Of a stretch of 64,000 nucleotides of DNA, positions 1-14,000 are shown one piece after another. The stretch comes from Tubiluchus corallicola. Taxonomy: Eukaryota > Animalia > Priapulida. The translations under genes and the position numbers were made by a program. Location of the stretch: the NCBI GenBank assembly GCA_030141605.1, contig JAQGDQ010000248.1, positions 62,001 to 126,000 on the forward strand, in the 5' to 3' direction. Numbering within the stretch: the first letter of the stretch is position 1; every line of letters begins with the position of its first letter. The notes under the pieces were generated by a model that was given only the letters and a program-made list of their open reading frames with translations, was not told the DNA's origin and did not search any database.

Positions 1-3000
1 ATCGTCGTCATTGTGACCACTGGCGGTACAACAGCTTTTAGTCCAAGAATGTTACTTATCACACCATTGTTTTAGTTGGCCACATCATCTCGCCATCTGG
101 CGACTAACGTAATAGTGATATTAAAAAAATTAGTACATGGTATTTTTTAAGGTTTCACTTGGTTATGAAGCAAAATTTATTTGTGGAGGAACAGTCCTCA
201 ACGAACGATGGGTATTGACAGCTTCTCATTGTCTGCTTGGGTAAGTATATCACTTTTGACAACGTCCTGTTACGACAGAAGGGCGTAGTACAATGCCACA
301 ATTATCAGCAACTCATTGTTGTGTTTTTGAGTAAGTACTTTTGACAGCACGTTGTACAACAAGTTGCACAGGGCACCTAGTAGGACACTAACTGTTGGTG
401 TTCTAAGGCATGAATCACATTTCAAACACTGTGATTCACCATGAAAAACAACCAGAGTTTGTGCACTTATTGTCCTCAGACCTTTTGTCATTGCGATATT
501 TGAAAGATTAATTGGAAAAGAAAATTCTTAATATAATTTAAAATGCCTGCCCCCAACTGGCAAAATGTCACTAAACCACGATCCCAGTGTGCATTCCCTG
601 TTTAGCAAAAACCCTTCATTGATCTTATTGACAATAATATAAAGTAATTTAAATTTAATGTGCTACAAACGCTCTGGTTATGTTTTCTACTTTACGCAAT
701 ATTATTACAAGTTTTATAAAGCGTTGCAGCCAATGAAAGTCCTACTTGCAATAAGACAGCATGTAAGTGATACAAATATTCAAACTTTTTATGCTCTACT
801 TATGAAAAGCGTTCTTTTGTCTTACAAACCTCCAAGCCTGGCCAAGATAAATTTACTCTTATCTAATCAAGCTGAACAATACAAGAATAAGGATATTGCC
901 AAGTAAAGTAAATTAAATTTTGCTTAAAATCAAATCAATCAATAAATAAATAAACAGATACTAAAATAGATCAATATTAAGTGCAGTAAACAGTTTAGAA
1001 TTATTTTCTAGCAAAACAACAGGTCCACACTTTGAAGTTTACATGGGAAGCAACATCTATGACGACCCGAAGGTGTGGCGCTTTGTAAGTTTACATGAAG
1101 TTTTTTAAATTTACATACATGCGTTCATATTTACATAAAGTTTTTATGTTTATAATTATTATAGTTGCATAGTTACGTATGTGTAATTCTTGTGGTTACA
1201 AATATGATTATTGAAGCTACTGTTTAGTAACTTTATACGGCTGCTCTTTTGAAATGTATATAATCATTTGACTTAGTTGGTTATACAAAATCAATTCAAA
1301 TTTCCTGTCTTGCTAGTAAAACGAAAATCCGTAATAACTTCATGCATATTTTGCTTAATTAGTCTGGAATGCGAAGCATTGACTTATTGAGTTTTTCTGC
1401 CCAACTGCCTGTACATGTCGTTGAGAACATCATTTAGCGATGCTATGGAATCCATTTCACGAATATTTAGAACTCCATTTGGCATTGCAATGGAATCAGT
1501 TTTATAGTAAAAATTTATAATACGAAGTTACTTCATAATGACACCATTCACGACGAAAAATATCTGTGAATAAGGTTACATGGCAATCGAGTAATCCAAA
1601 ACTTCGTTAACCGCTTTGATTAGAAACCTATTTAGATCTGCTTGTGAAAAATACATAGCAGATAATACTGGTTTGTAGATCTCTGGAAGAAATATCCGAA
1701 AGTAATGTCAGCAATTATATGTAATTTAGAGTGTCTTTCAGCAACTATAGCAGATGCTACAACAATATGAAACAAACAAGCAGGAAAACGAATAGACAAA
1801 TAAACAAGCAAGCAAACAAACAAGCACACTGCCTAAGACATGCAAATGAATTTACACTGACGCATAATCTTAATAGCCGACTAAGACGCCAATAAAGAGT
1901 CAGTTATTGCAGAAATTATGAAGCAAGAGCGCATGCGCCATAACTTTTGATAGTGATGAGGTGACATGAGTCGAACTGTTCTCGCAAACTGCGTTCATGA
2001 TGAAGTTTAATAAACAATAAATATATCAAAAACTTTATCAATTTTGGTATGTTGGTTCAGTACGAGCTTCGTCAAGTAGTGCCGAAGCCCAGGAGAAAAT
2101 GGCGGTTATGATTCAATTGTCAATGCAGAGTTGTGAATAAAAAACACACAGTTTAATTTTGATTTTTGTGATCGTTAATGCTCCTTGAGTGTTCTGCAAA
2201 ATTATGGTAACTGTCACACATTTAAACAAACGTTCCTGAATTGTGAATTGTTCCCATTCTTGAATTAACAACCAATTGTGCCTTATCTTGAATTAACAAC
2301 TAATTGTCCTTAATCTTGAATCAATTTTAGGTCGGCTAATTAATGGTGTTCTGCCCAGACGTAGTCTTTATTTTGGTACCCCATGTGTCGCTGCTTTTGC
2401 CCAAGATATCGAACTAACTGCTGCATTCACGCATGAGGTTGCCACACCGTCATGAACTAAAGTCAGGCGTCAAGAGCTAGGAAGCTCCCCCGTGGAACCC
2501 GGGAGGGGGAGCACCAGTTTTTATAAGTTTTTTCAGAAACTAAAATCAAGAAATTCAAACTAAAAAGTAGTAAAAAATATTGATTGTAGGCTCCAAAAAT
2601 CCCTAAATGTCTAAAACTTAGAAAAGTACAAGCAGTGTACATTTTTTGGAGTTTCTTCTCTCTCACATTACTCACATTTTTAGGCTGCTGGGATGGGATC
2701 GGTTTAGCAATCAAATTATTAAGCACTTTATGTTCTACGAATTAAAGCTAAAGCAGGCCTAATCAGCAGTGGTGGCAACCCTATTCACACGTGATACGTT
2801 ATAATGCCTTACTTGAACTTAATTAGCTTTCGTATTGTTGCTTTATGCAGGTGGATGCTATCAAGGTGCATCCTGACTTCGCGAATGATTCGACCAGAGG
2901 TAAAGAAAATGACATTGGCCTCATTAGAATGAACAGCCCCATCGAGTTTGATAAAGACGTTCAACCTACGTTACTACCACGTTGTCATGAGAATCACTAC

Positions 3001-5431
3001 AGTAATGAAACAGTTATAATAGCAGGATGGGGCACTCGAGATCCCGGTAATTTACAGGTTAATGAAAGAAGAAAAGAATATTTCGACTATATGGGATAGC
3101 TAGCTTTATGACTGCTTGTTGTCAGTAGTCGCCATTTATGCATGAAATAGTTCCCCCCATTTAAGGATAACTTTAATTTGTGTCACAGGAAGCCGAAAAA
3201 GATGTTACATTTTCTCTCATTATTGTTGCTTTTCTCAATTTCATGCTGCTTCCATATGTACAATAATAGAAACTTGCCTGGAATTGCAAAAGTTATAGTT
3301 ATGCATAATTTAGAATGTTTGGTGTAGTATGTTTATTTAATTTTTTGGAAGGCCTGCTGATTTGTGATTAACGGATAAAATATTTCATCAGATTTTTATC
3401 AAAAAAGTTGTGCCAGAACATCTTTTGCTTTAAGAAACGATTTTTGTCGCATTTTTTGAACGTCTTGCAAAGTTGCACAATTTTTGATACAGAATTAGGC
3501 TGTACGGATCAAAAATCTCACCTTTGAGAAATAATAATTTGTATTTAATTCTTAGACAAAAACTCACATTGTTCATTACGTAGCCCCAAACAGCTAGCCC
3601 GTAAAATATTTTAAAATAATTAACGAGTCTGTTCGTTTAAAACAATTAAAGCTATTTACGAGTCTATTCTGATCTTCAGTCTTAACGAGCTGCCACCTGC
3701 CGGTCGTGTGCCAACTCATCTACTGCCTTGGGAAAAAGTAAATAAGGGGTTCTTTTTTCAAAATTAGATTTGGATGATACGCCAAAGAACTTACAAAAAG
3801 TGACATTGTCAATTAGCACTTTGGGGGATTGTCAACACTATGATGAGATTTTCACAATTTGCGCATATAAGCCAGGACGGAGCGCTTGTTTTGTAAGTAT
3901 AGTAAAACTACTTTATTGAAAAAGTATTAATGGCAGCTAGCCCTATATAAATACTTCACTGCAAGGTTATAAGCAAATATGTACTTAAAAAATTGAACAC
4001 TGAATAAAATACATCACTTACCCAATACAACAATGGTTAAGAAAAATCACTTATTAAAAATAAATAAAATTGATATTTAAACTGTTCAACGTAAGACGAA
4101 TGTCAAAAAAACTTTATACTCTGAAAAAGCTGATATCCTGGTTATAGACAGAAATCGAAAAACGTCTAAAATGGTTTGAAGTGAGTATCATCGAGAGAAT
4201 CAACTGGTTTAATTGGAGCAGGTTTAACCCATTTCGGCACTTTTTCATGAAAATGACGTAAGACAAAGCAATGGCTAATCTGGATGTATTATTGCAGAAA
4301 TTTTCAATTTCTTTTAGCTAATAACTAGGCAATTATAGAATGTTTTGAGATTTTGTTCATTATTACGTGACATTTGAAATTATATGTTTATATATTATAC
4401 ATCTATAATAGAGTATTATTCGTTAAAACCAATAAAGAAAGGCCTGTTTGGCAAAATCGTGCAGCACAAATTAACTATTTCACAATGACGTGAACTTTGG
4501 CAATAACGTAGTTTATTTATTGTGTTTTATTACATTTCGTGCATTCACAGGGTGACTCAGGTGGTCCATTGATACTGAAAGCAACAGGCGAACAAATTGG
4601 AGTTATGACTAATGTTGGCCAGGCTGGGTGCAATACTGTCACTCTATGTGTAAAAGTTTCTTATTATCTAGACTGGATTGAGGACGAACAGTTTTATTAT
4701 GAAAGTTCAAGGGTTAGGCCAAGTCTGTATGGTGCAGCTTCAAAATGTTACCTGACTTTATTTACAATAATTACCGTTGTAGCGTCTGTACGTTTCGGTT
4801 TGTGGGCAGGTACAGAGTTAAAGTAAAGCTATTCCACATATTAAATTGGCTATGTAAATTTATGTTGGAATAATTGCAATGTTCACTGGCAAATCTGTGT
4901 TTTCAAAATCTCTTCAAAATAGTTCTAAACCATCCATTGAGGTATGTGTGTACCTTGATTATCGTACTCCCGTTTGCATTAGCAGAATTTCCAAACAAAC
5001 AATGAGTGATTTCAATGATAAATTTACTGTTAACCTTACTACCAGTGATGTAACGGTTTTATTTTTGAATTAAAAGGAGACATACAGATGTATTTTTCAT
5101 ATTTAAATTCATTGTATCCTGATGAGCCTGTATCCCAAGAAGAAATTGATGGCATTTTTTTATTGTGTTTGGAGGTCTAAGAAGCGGTATTTTAATAACT
5201 ACCATCTTCGTTCAGGAAGCCAATTAATGTTGAAGTAAAAAAGAAATGAAAATAAGTGATGTACAATCCTTGAAACGTTATTTCCAATGGCAGGGCAGAA
5301 GTACCTATCAAGCGAAAGATCTCAATATACAGTTTTGACGGAACATCATATAAAAAACGTCCTCGTGGGTATGGGTGAGGCCTAGGAGGGAAATGTATAA
5401 CTTCATAAAGAGGAGAGATAGGGCTACACAA
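1..5431 (+). repeat. Tandem segmental duplication, copy 1 (matches ~11898-17519)
   Basis: Near-identical sequence including introns (ORF-track pairs 270/12165, 658/12561, 2845/14911, 4879/16968). Similarity ends at GGGCTACACAA. Confidence 0.97.
152..4826 (+). CDS. S1 family (chymotrypsin-like) serine protease, copy 1; 5' exons lie before the window
   Basis: GT-AG exons in compatible phase: 152-240 (VSLGYEAKFICGGTVLNERWVLTASHC, catalytic His), 1012-1084, 2851-3046 (NDIGLIRM, catalytic Asp; IAGWG), 3768-3892 (LQKVTL...ICAYKPGRSACF), 4551-4826 (GDSGGPL, catalytic Ser; hydrophobic C-terminal tail; TAA). Confidence 0.92.
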
Positions 5432-7894
5432 CGATGTGGGTCTCAGAGGCGCCTCGTTACTAAAATTAGTGGGGGTGCTGCTTCAGAAAATTTTTAGCCA
5501 TTGTTTTAATGCTGTGCAAAACGAAACGAAACAAACAAACGAAACAAACGTAATTTTTCATGTTGTAATTTTAATTTAGACATAAACTTGATGAAATTCT
5601 TAATAAAATTATTTTTGCTTACTAATAGCCTAGATTGTCGCAGTTCAAGCACCTGCAATTTCTCCACGACATTTAAGCCTACGTATATTAGGCCTATATA
5701 TTAAGATAATCAAACTGCATTCACGTTCCAAGGAACAGACTAACTTTAGTGACTAAACTTAGGCCTACATTTATCAGTGTTGTATTTTCAGCATAAGTAT
5801 TATCCATATGTAGATGTCATATCTATGTATATTAAATATTTAAAGCCAGCTCAAGAAATGATTGAACGATTGATTAACTCAATGTTCATCTATGTTTAAA
5901 CCTTACTGTAAGTTCAAATAAAATTTAAACATAATGTTTGTTTCTGAGATATTTTTATTTGATTTATTGTATCAGTAATATTTACCTAATTTCCATACAT
6001 ATGACATATCATCTGTTACTTTTGTATTGTGGATTATATATTTATTTAGTCTATAATATCAATAATATCCAAAACAAACATTTATTACTGGAATATGAGG
6101 TTCGTGTTTTTGTTCTTCTTACATTTGCTAATATGTTCTTCATTCATACTGATATGAGTATCAAAGACACCTATGTGAAAAATGCTCACTTTTTCAGAAG
6201 TTTGTTGGAGAGGCATCGGCCTGGTTCTTAATTTGTTGATCAGAATTAAACAAATACGTGGGAATGTATATAGTCTAGTTTGTTTTTATAGAAAAAGGTG
6301 CATAACGCTTAAGTTTACGAGTTGTTCATTAAAATGATTTGCTGCTATTGAAATATATAATTTAGATTAATTCTTGACTTTTAATAAAAACTGCGCAACT
6401 ATTTGTTTAAAAGAGTGGCCACCCAAATATAATTTATTCAACTTACATGATTTGGCGCATTTACATTGTTACTTTCTATCACAGCAGTAAAACTAATTAT
6501 AGATAATTATTCACTTTCACATAGGTAGTACAACAAACACAGAGTACCAATCCTAGATATATAACGCGCAAGTCAGCACATAACTAAATAAAAAAACTAT
6601 TGAAGAGAGGAAAAAAATAACCTAACAAATTAGGTTCATATGACGTTTGCTTGTAAGAATAGCAAGCGTCAAATGGTCACCTGTACAAGGGTGACGAAGG
6701 AATTTATAACTTTAGAATGAAGCCCCTGAAGCCCCTATAAATAATTCAAGGTTAACCTAATTGAACGACTCTAGGTAGATTTGCAAACGTTGTAGAAACC
6801 GGAATAAACTAGTTTGCGACACTGTAAATGAAAGGTCTAACAGCAGAGTAGAACTCAATCACGGGAATCCGTGACAACCTATAGCAGTTTCGGGATTAAA
6901 AGAGTAAGTTGTAAATCACAGAATGGCTTCTTGACTTCTTCATCAGTCCAATACGTTTATTTAAGAACATTTCTTTGGTTCTCTATTAGCAGTACGGGCA
7001 CACAACACAGTAGCGAAACAATTCACTGGTTTAGAGCCTGCAGAGTATCTGTGAACAGTTAGTACAAGCGTTCCTCTGTTCCCTAACAATTTGTCTTTAG
7101 TCTTTCCTGCAAGCACTTGCCTAGCTTCAGTATACTCAACTGACATGCTGGTACTGATGTTGCAACTTATAAAGAAGTTACAAACTCAGTAAAGTTCAAG
7201 TTCTGCTTTTCAATAGAAGTAAACTGACGGCAAAGAATGCATAAAATGCGGGTTAGTCAAACAAATTATTTAATAAAAGCTCAAGTGGGCACACTCATGC
7301 TTAACAATATTAACAGTGATACTGTTATATGGATAATATTGACAACAATACTGTGCAATATTGAATGGTGCGCAATATTAATGGACCTTTGTAGACGATA
7401 TTGAAAATTGCACAATATTGCATTCATGTATCGCGTGTGGTGGAAGGAAACAGTCGCGTAATACTGTGGAATATTGACCTATTGTAGATTGCCGATATTA
7501 TTGCGCATGTGTATACTTCCTTTAAAGATACAACATATTTGAAAATATTGCTAAATTATTTCATTTTTTAACTCTTCATTCGTTTATTTTTGTTTATTTT
7601 TCAAGATTCCGGAAAAATCATTTGACAAAGACATTATAATGCGCACGTTAGTCAAACTGAGTTAAGTATCTAATTATGGAATTCTTCTCTCGCTCATACT
7701 ATTAGCTGCCACATCTGACAATGCCTAATATTTATTTAATTTGATCCAATTATTTCCTCCACCTTTCATGTTTCTCGTCTTTTCTCAACTTTCTCCACGT
7801 CACCTCACACGAATACTACACCTTTCCTACACTTAATTCTGCAAGCTGTACAACTGTAAAAGAGTGGAAGCATCCACAAATGTTAGCCATATAC

Positions 7895-8140
7895 TTATAG
7901 GCCTACAGTGAGAAAAATTCCAAATAAACAGAGGCAAGCATTCAGAATTTTTAAAACTTGAACAGCGCTAGAGTGAATGACAGGAAGTTGATTGGCTGGA
8001 TTCTCAGGATCACAAAACAGTGACAGTGGCATTTCGTCCGAGTCATGTCTATAACTTGGTACTTCACAATCAAATACTGAAGCAACCCGCCATTCCGACT
8101 TCAACCATTTCATGCTACAGTTACAGTGCAGGGGGCTAGC
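7895..8140 (-). pseudogene. LRR C-terminal cap (LRRCT) plus transmembrane-like segment; remnant of an LRR receptor gene
   Basis: Minus strand reads SPLHCNCSMKWLKSEW...DCEVP...LFCDP...VLKILNACLCLFGIFLTVGL*, matching the LRRCT consensus NPxxCxCxxxWLxxW...CxxP...C followed by a hydrophobic stretch. No intact upstream LRR exons seen. Confidence 0.55.
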
Positions 8141-8382
8141 TGAAAAATGTGAAATTAAATGTTCAAGTAGTTTATTTCTTCATCAACAATGTGCAAAACA
8201 TTTAATTTGCAAAATTTCAGCATTACTTTCTGACTTTTTATCACCACCTCTCAAGTTCTGTCAACATATTGACTAATGACGACTAATTAAATAGAGATTA
8301 TGACGCCGGGCTTTACTTTCTTACTGGTTCTCTGTTCTTTATTTAAACCACTATTACTTCAACAATTCCCAAACTAGTACTC

Positions 8383-8506
8383 CTAGCCGAGCGGTGAGGT
8401 AGTAGTATACAGATGTTAGTAGTTTAGAAACTGAATCAGTTTCTCATAGGTACCTTTACAGGGCGTACCTTGAGACAAAAGATGTGGGTTCGAATCACGA
8501 GTGGGA
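8383..8506 (+). mobile_element. Possible tRNA-derived SINE head (degenerate)
   Basis: A-box-like TAGCCGAGCGGT at ~8383 and B-box-like GGTTCGAATC at ~8487. Spacing is too long and no cloverleaf forms, so not a tRNA gene. Confidence 0.35.
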
Positions 8507-9911
8507 TCTTAAGTGTCGGTCTTGAGTTGCTGTTATTGTGTTTAGCTAACAAAGTGTGAACTATTCATAACAATCTCAGGCAACAAGATTATACTTAAAT
8601 CTAAATTTAAATTTATATTGCGTTTTCATCATATTTTTGTAAGTCTTTCATAGTGCTGCCACCTTCAGGCATTCTTGTTAAAATTGTTAAATCTTGCCCT
8701 TCTTGTCCTTTACTGTTTTAAATTTCATTGGCTTCTATAGCCTTCATCTTTGCAGAATTTCTAAACCTGTTTTCACACCTGAACTGATTTCACCTGTAAT
8801 TTTGGTCAATCATTTTGTGCCTTTCAACTTCACACTACTTCACTGATTCCACACTACTTCCGAATAAAATCTTAAAACTAAATTTTAACGTTTTTTTGTT
8901 TTTTTTCCAGTTAATTATCATAATCATTATTGCTGCTACTGTTACTGTTACTGTTACTGTTTGTACTGCTTGAACTTAGTCGAAAGCTTGAATGCAGTAT
9001 GACTAAAAGAGGAGAAACATAGAATTATTTGTTTATTCTCTTAAGAATAAATGATTTCTCACGAAAGTGAGTAATAGTTTAGCGACAGTTATTTTTACGC
9101 TAAAGCAAATAACATAATTTTTACAATTTTTATAATAAGACGTCGACACGACCAATTCAAGGCGAACTTATCGACAAAATTTGTAGCACTAATACCCAAG
9201 TACTAACCCTTAAATTACTAACTAACTTGTGACACCATTAAGTACTAATCTGTAAGTTCCTGAGTAATAAGTACAAACATTTCTGCTATTTTTCTTTAGT
9301 TTCAGTTCGTTAATTTTATATTTTTCATATATCAGACAATATCAAATTTTCTTTTAAAATCAGCATTCCGTAAGCATGACAAACCTGTGAACTCCTCAAA
9401 ACAATGAAGGCAGTGCTAGCATTGTTTTCACGTTCATTCCATTAAGAAAGGAGTTCCACAATTCTAACTCTACTGTTTAATGAGGTTGGCAACATAAACA
9501 GAAAAAACTGTGGCATAATAAATTCTTATTCTTCAGTCTGTAAAGCCGGTAAAGATCAGCAGGTGATGACTTGAAAAATTTTGCAGCTACCCATTGTTGT
9601 GAAACATCTCTTGCAATAATGTGGTTTTTGCTTGCCCATAGATGCGATTCCAAGTCTTGAACATTAAGTTTGCTAAACTTTCTCTTGGTTTTCATTGAAA
9701 CATGCGGATTTTGAATATTCTATCCAAACAATTCTGGTCAAACTTCGCCAAGCGTTTGTGACTCACTCGTCTAGTCATTAACAATATACTTAATCTCTCG
9801 TACTTATGGAAAAGCATTTGTTAAAGACATCATAAAAGTGTCAACTTTACTTGTGAGTCAATCAGAGTATAAATTTCTTCAATACCTGAAGATTGAACTT
9901 AATTAATTACC

Positions 9912-10020
9912 AGTAACATCTGACAACAATTTAATCTCCTTACAAAACCGAACTAATACACATTTACACAAAATTGGTAATTGGATGAGAGCCAATAAAT
10001 TGTCGGTTAATTACTGTTAA
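9912..10020 (+). mobile_element. CR1/L2-type LINE reverse transcriptase fragment
   Basis: Translates to SDNNLISLQNRTNTHLHKIGNWMRANKLSVNY, matching the post-YADD motif L...N..L..I..W...NKL.LN of CR1/L2 RTs. Confidence 0.6.
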
Positions 10021-11012
10021 GTTTATGTTAATTAGCAATAAACTGTCACCACAAGATCATGCAGCCCTTAAAATTAAAACGTGTATTAAGCCTATAATAC
10101 AAAATTAATCTATTATCTCAAAGTCACCAAAAATATGATATTTTGTAATTGTTTGTGATAATATTTCCTCATGCAAAAATTGTCTATTTATACTGTAATG
10201 GCCCGTGCATATAGGGGCAGACCACAGGGGCCAATTAATGGTAGTCGCTGTTAAGTTCGATCAGTTCCTTGGCCGAGCTCGGAGTACAAACCGACTGCCC
10301 ACTAACAGACAGTAGCTGAGTGAAGGCAGACTCTACGGGGACTCTATTTAAATAGCATGGATTCTTTTGTGGTGTGATGGATTAAAGACAAGTTTTCATC
10401 TATACCCCAAAAAATCAAACTGTAACCAGTCGAATAAGTAACAAAATATTAAGTTTAATGACACAATAAGAACATCAACAGTCGTGAAATTTAGCTATTT
10501 GCAAACAATGGAAATTAGTAATAAGCAAAAGTGAATCTGAAAACGCTACTATGGCATGAAGCAAATGCAGTGATAAAAACATACAAAAATCATACAGTGT
10601 TCCTGACTACTTAAAGGATTCCTACTTAGACTACCAGCCAACCCTAAATGCGTATGCTAGCATAATATCTTCTCCGGACGGATGCAGTTTGTAGTCATAG
10701 TCCTTTAGAACGACTAAGGTATGGTTCAGACTTCATCTAATGGGTTCACGACCCCCACAGTAACGACCTAAAAAGTCTGAGAGAAACATAGTTAAAGTAA
10801 TAAAGTATTTAAGTAATAATTTATCGTCGGTTTGCACAATTTTCAAACTGCTACCCAACAATTAGAATTTTTGAATTCATGTAACAGTGAACAATGCAAT
10901 TCTAAAATATGAATAGTGTCATTTCAATAACGATTATTGTTGATTTCTATCCTCTTTGTCGACAGATACTACGCGTAATTATTATGCTATAGTTGAAAGT
11001 AAACAACCACGA

Positions 11013-14000
11013 ATGGCTCATAATATAGTAACTGTGTTCGTCTTATACTGCACCTCATGGCTTGTATTTGTTGCTAGTGAATCAGGAGACAAGACCTCTG
11101 GAAGTCTAAAGTATAATGGAGCGTTAAATTCGAAAAACGAAGATGAACCATACTTCAGCTCTACTCAGAGTTCTCTTAATAAAGGTTAGTCTAAAAGCCT
11201 AAACAAGAATTAACAAATTATATAATCATATTTACATCAGCTAAAACAAAATCCATTAATTATAGTGTAAGAGTCAGAAATGGCGTTTTTCATTTGTTCA
11301 ATTTTGCAAGTTCATTTTTGCAGAACAGATTTCACCAGAATCAAGGATTATTGGTGGAGAGGATGTCGTTGGCAGAGAATTTCCCTTCGTGGTATAATTT
11401 TTGTTGTTTAAACTAAGTTTCATAAGCAAGCCTCTATTAATGGGCACAAAGTAAGTGAAAAGATACCTGACGCTTTCTATACTTATACGAAAGACACATG
11501 CAGTGCCATCATTTGACTAGATCTGCATCTTTAGCGAGTATAAGATCTCTTTCATTTAATAATAATAATATGGTGTATGTCTTGAGGCGGAATAAGGTTT
11601 TGTAATCTTTTGCTGGGACCGAGCCAGGTTTTGATAGATGGAAAACCTCAGTAAAGGCAATCCTGGTGGAAGTAGGTAAGCTTCCAACGAGGACATTAAA
11701 CCAATCGTCTTCATGGATGATAACAGTGACAGGATAGACTCCAAAAACTAGAGAAGCAATCAAATAAAATATTGTTTATTGTACTAATGTTACTATAAAC
11801 TAGCAAACCCGTACAAAACATTTGTGACATTGTTACATATAGGACCTTTTTTTACCCGATAAACAAGGTTGTTGTCGTTCTCGTCTCTGTCACTGCCATC
11901 ATCGTCATTGTGACCACTGGCGATACAACAGCTTTTAGTCCAAGGATGTTACTTATCACACCATTGTTTTAGTTGGCCACATCATCTCGCCATCTGGCGA
12001 CTAACGTAATAGTGATATTAAAAAATTAGTACATTGTATTTTTAAGGTTACACTTGGTTATGAAGCAAGATTTATTTGTGGAGGAACAGTCCTCAACGAA
12101 CGATGGGTATTGACAGCAGCTCATTGTGTGTTTAAGTAAGTAAATCATTTTTGACAACATCCTGTTACAACAGAAGTGCACAGTACAATGCGACAATTAT
12201 CAACAACTCATTGTTGTGTTTTTGAGTAAGTACTTTTGACAGCACGTTGTACAACAAGTTGCACAGGGCACCTAGTAGGACACTAACTGTCGGTGTTCTA
12301 AGGTATGAATCACATTTCAAACACTGTGATTCACCATGAAAAACAACCAGAGTTTGTGCACTTATTGTCCTCAGACCTTTTGTCATTGCGATATTTGAAA
12401 GATTAATTGGAAAAGAAAATTCTTAATATAATTTAAAATGCCTGCCCCCAACTGGCAAAATGTCAACTAAACCACGATCCCAGTGTGCACTTCTGGTTTA
12501 TCAAAAACCCTTCGTTGATCTTATTGACAATAATATAAAGTAATTTAAATTTAACGAATAATGTGCTACAAACGCTCTGGTTATGTTTTCTACTTTACGC
12601 AATATTATTACAAGTTTTATAAAGCGTTGCAGCCAATGAAAGTCCTACTTGCAATAAGACAGCATGTAAGTGATACAAATATTCAAACTTTTTATGCTCT
12701 ACTTATGAAAAGCGTTCTTTTGTCTTACAAACCTCCAAGCCTGCCCAAGATAAATTTACTCTTATCTAATCAAGCTGAACAATACAAGAATAAGGATATT
12801 GCCAAGTAAAGTAAATTAAATTTTGCTTAAAATCAAATCAATAAATAAATAAATAAACAAATACTAAAATAGATCAATATTAAGTGCAGTAAACGGTTTA
12901 GCATTATTTTCTAGCAGAACAACTGGTCCACACTTTGAAGTTTACATGGGAAGCAACATTTATGACGACCCAAAGGTGTGGCGCTTTGTAAGTTTACACG
13001 AAGTTTTTTAAATTTACATACATGCGTTCATATTTACATAAAGTTTTTATGTTTATAATTATTCTAGTTGCATAGTTACGTATGTGTAATTCTTGTGGTT
13101 ACAAATATGGTTATTGAAGCTACTGTTTAGTAACTTTATACGGCTGCTCTTTTGAAATGTACATGATCATTTGACTTAGTTGGTTATACAAAATCAATTC
13201 AATAGATCTTGCTAGTAAAACGAAAATCCGTAATAACTTCATGCATATTTTGTTTAATTAGTCTGGAATGCGAAGCATTGACTTACTGAGTTTTTCCGAA
13301 CAACTGCCTGTACATGTCGTTGAGAACATCATTTAGCGATGCCATGAAATCCATTTCACGAATATTTAAGAACTCCGTTCGGCATTGCAATGAAATCAGT
13401 TTTATAGTAAAAATTTACAATACGAAGTTACTTCATAATGACACCATGTGTATAAAAACTTGCTAAAAACGCGTTACATGAACAACAACTACGAGAACGA
13501 GACCGGCTTCACGACGAAAAAGATCTGTGTATAAGGTTACATAACAATCGAGTAATCCACAACTTCATTAGCCGTTTTGATTAGAAACTTATTTAGATCT
13601 GCTGTGCATAATAACAGTGATAAGGAGATCCACTTCATTGTTTGTCCCGGGTCACTTGAATAAATTTCTATGAAAGAGTCCGAAGATCTTCATTTTTACA
13701 TGTGAAAAATATCTAGCAGATAATACTGGTTTGTAGATCTGTGGAAGAAATATCCGAAAGTAATATCACCAATTATAAGTAATTTAGAGTGTCTTTCAGC
13801 AACTATAACAGATGCTACAACAATATGAAACAAACAAGCAAGAAAACGAATAGATAAATAAGAAAGCAAGCTAACAAACAAACACACTGCCTAAGACATG
13901 CGAATGAATTTACACTGACGCATAATCTTAATAGCCGGCCAAGACGCCAATAAAGAGTCGTTATTGCAGAAATTATGAAGCAAGAGCGCATGCGCCATAA

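Noticed and set aside
270-906. ORFs conserved in both duplicate copies (270-491, 658-906)
   Set aside because: Intronic; their conservation reflects the recent duplication, not coding constraint.
1385-1760. Protein-like antisense reading in a protease intron (e.g. DLNRFLIKAVNEVLDYSIAM, KTDSIAMPNGVLNIREMDSIASLNDVLNDMYR; also ~13285-13810)
   Set aside because: Multiple stops and frameshifting indels in both copies and no family I can name; at best an old pseudogene or TE relic.
3680-3737. Candidate extra protease exon (VLTSCHLPVVCQLIYCLGK)
   Set aside because: No protease similarity, donor absent in copy 2, and the gene is already complete and in phase without it.
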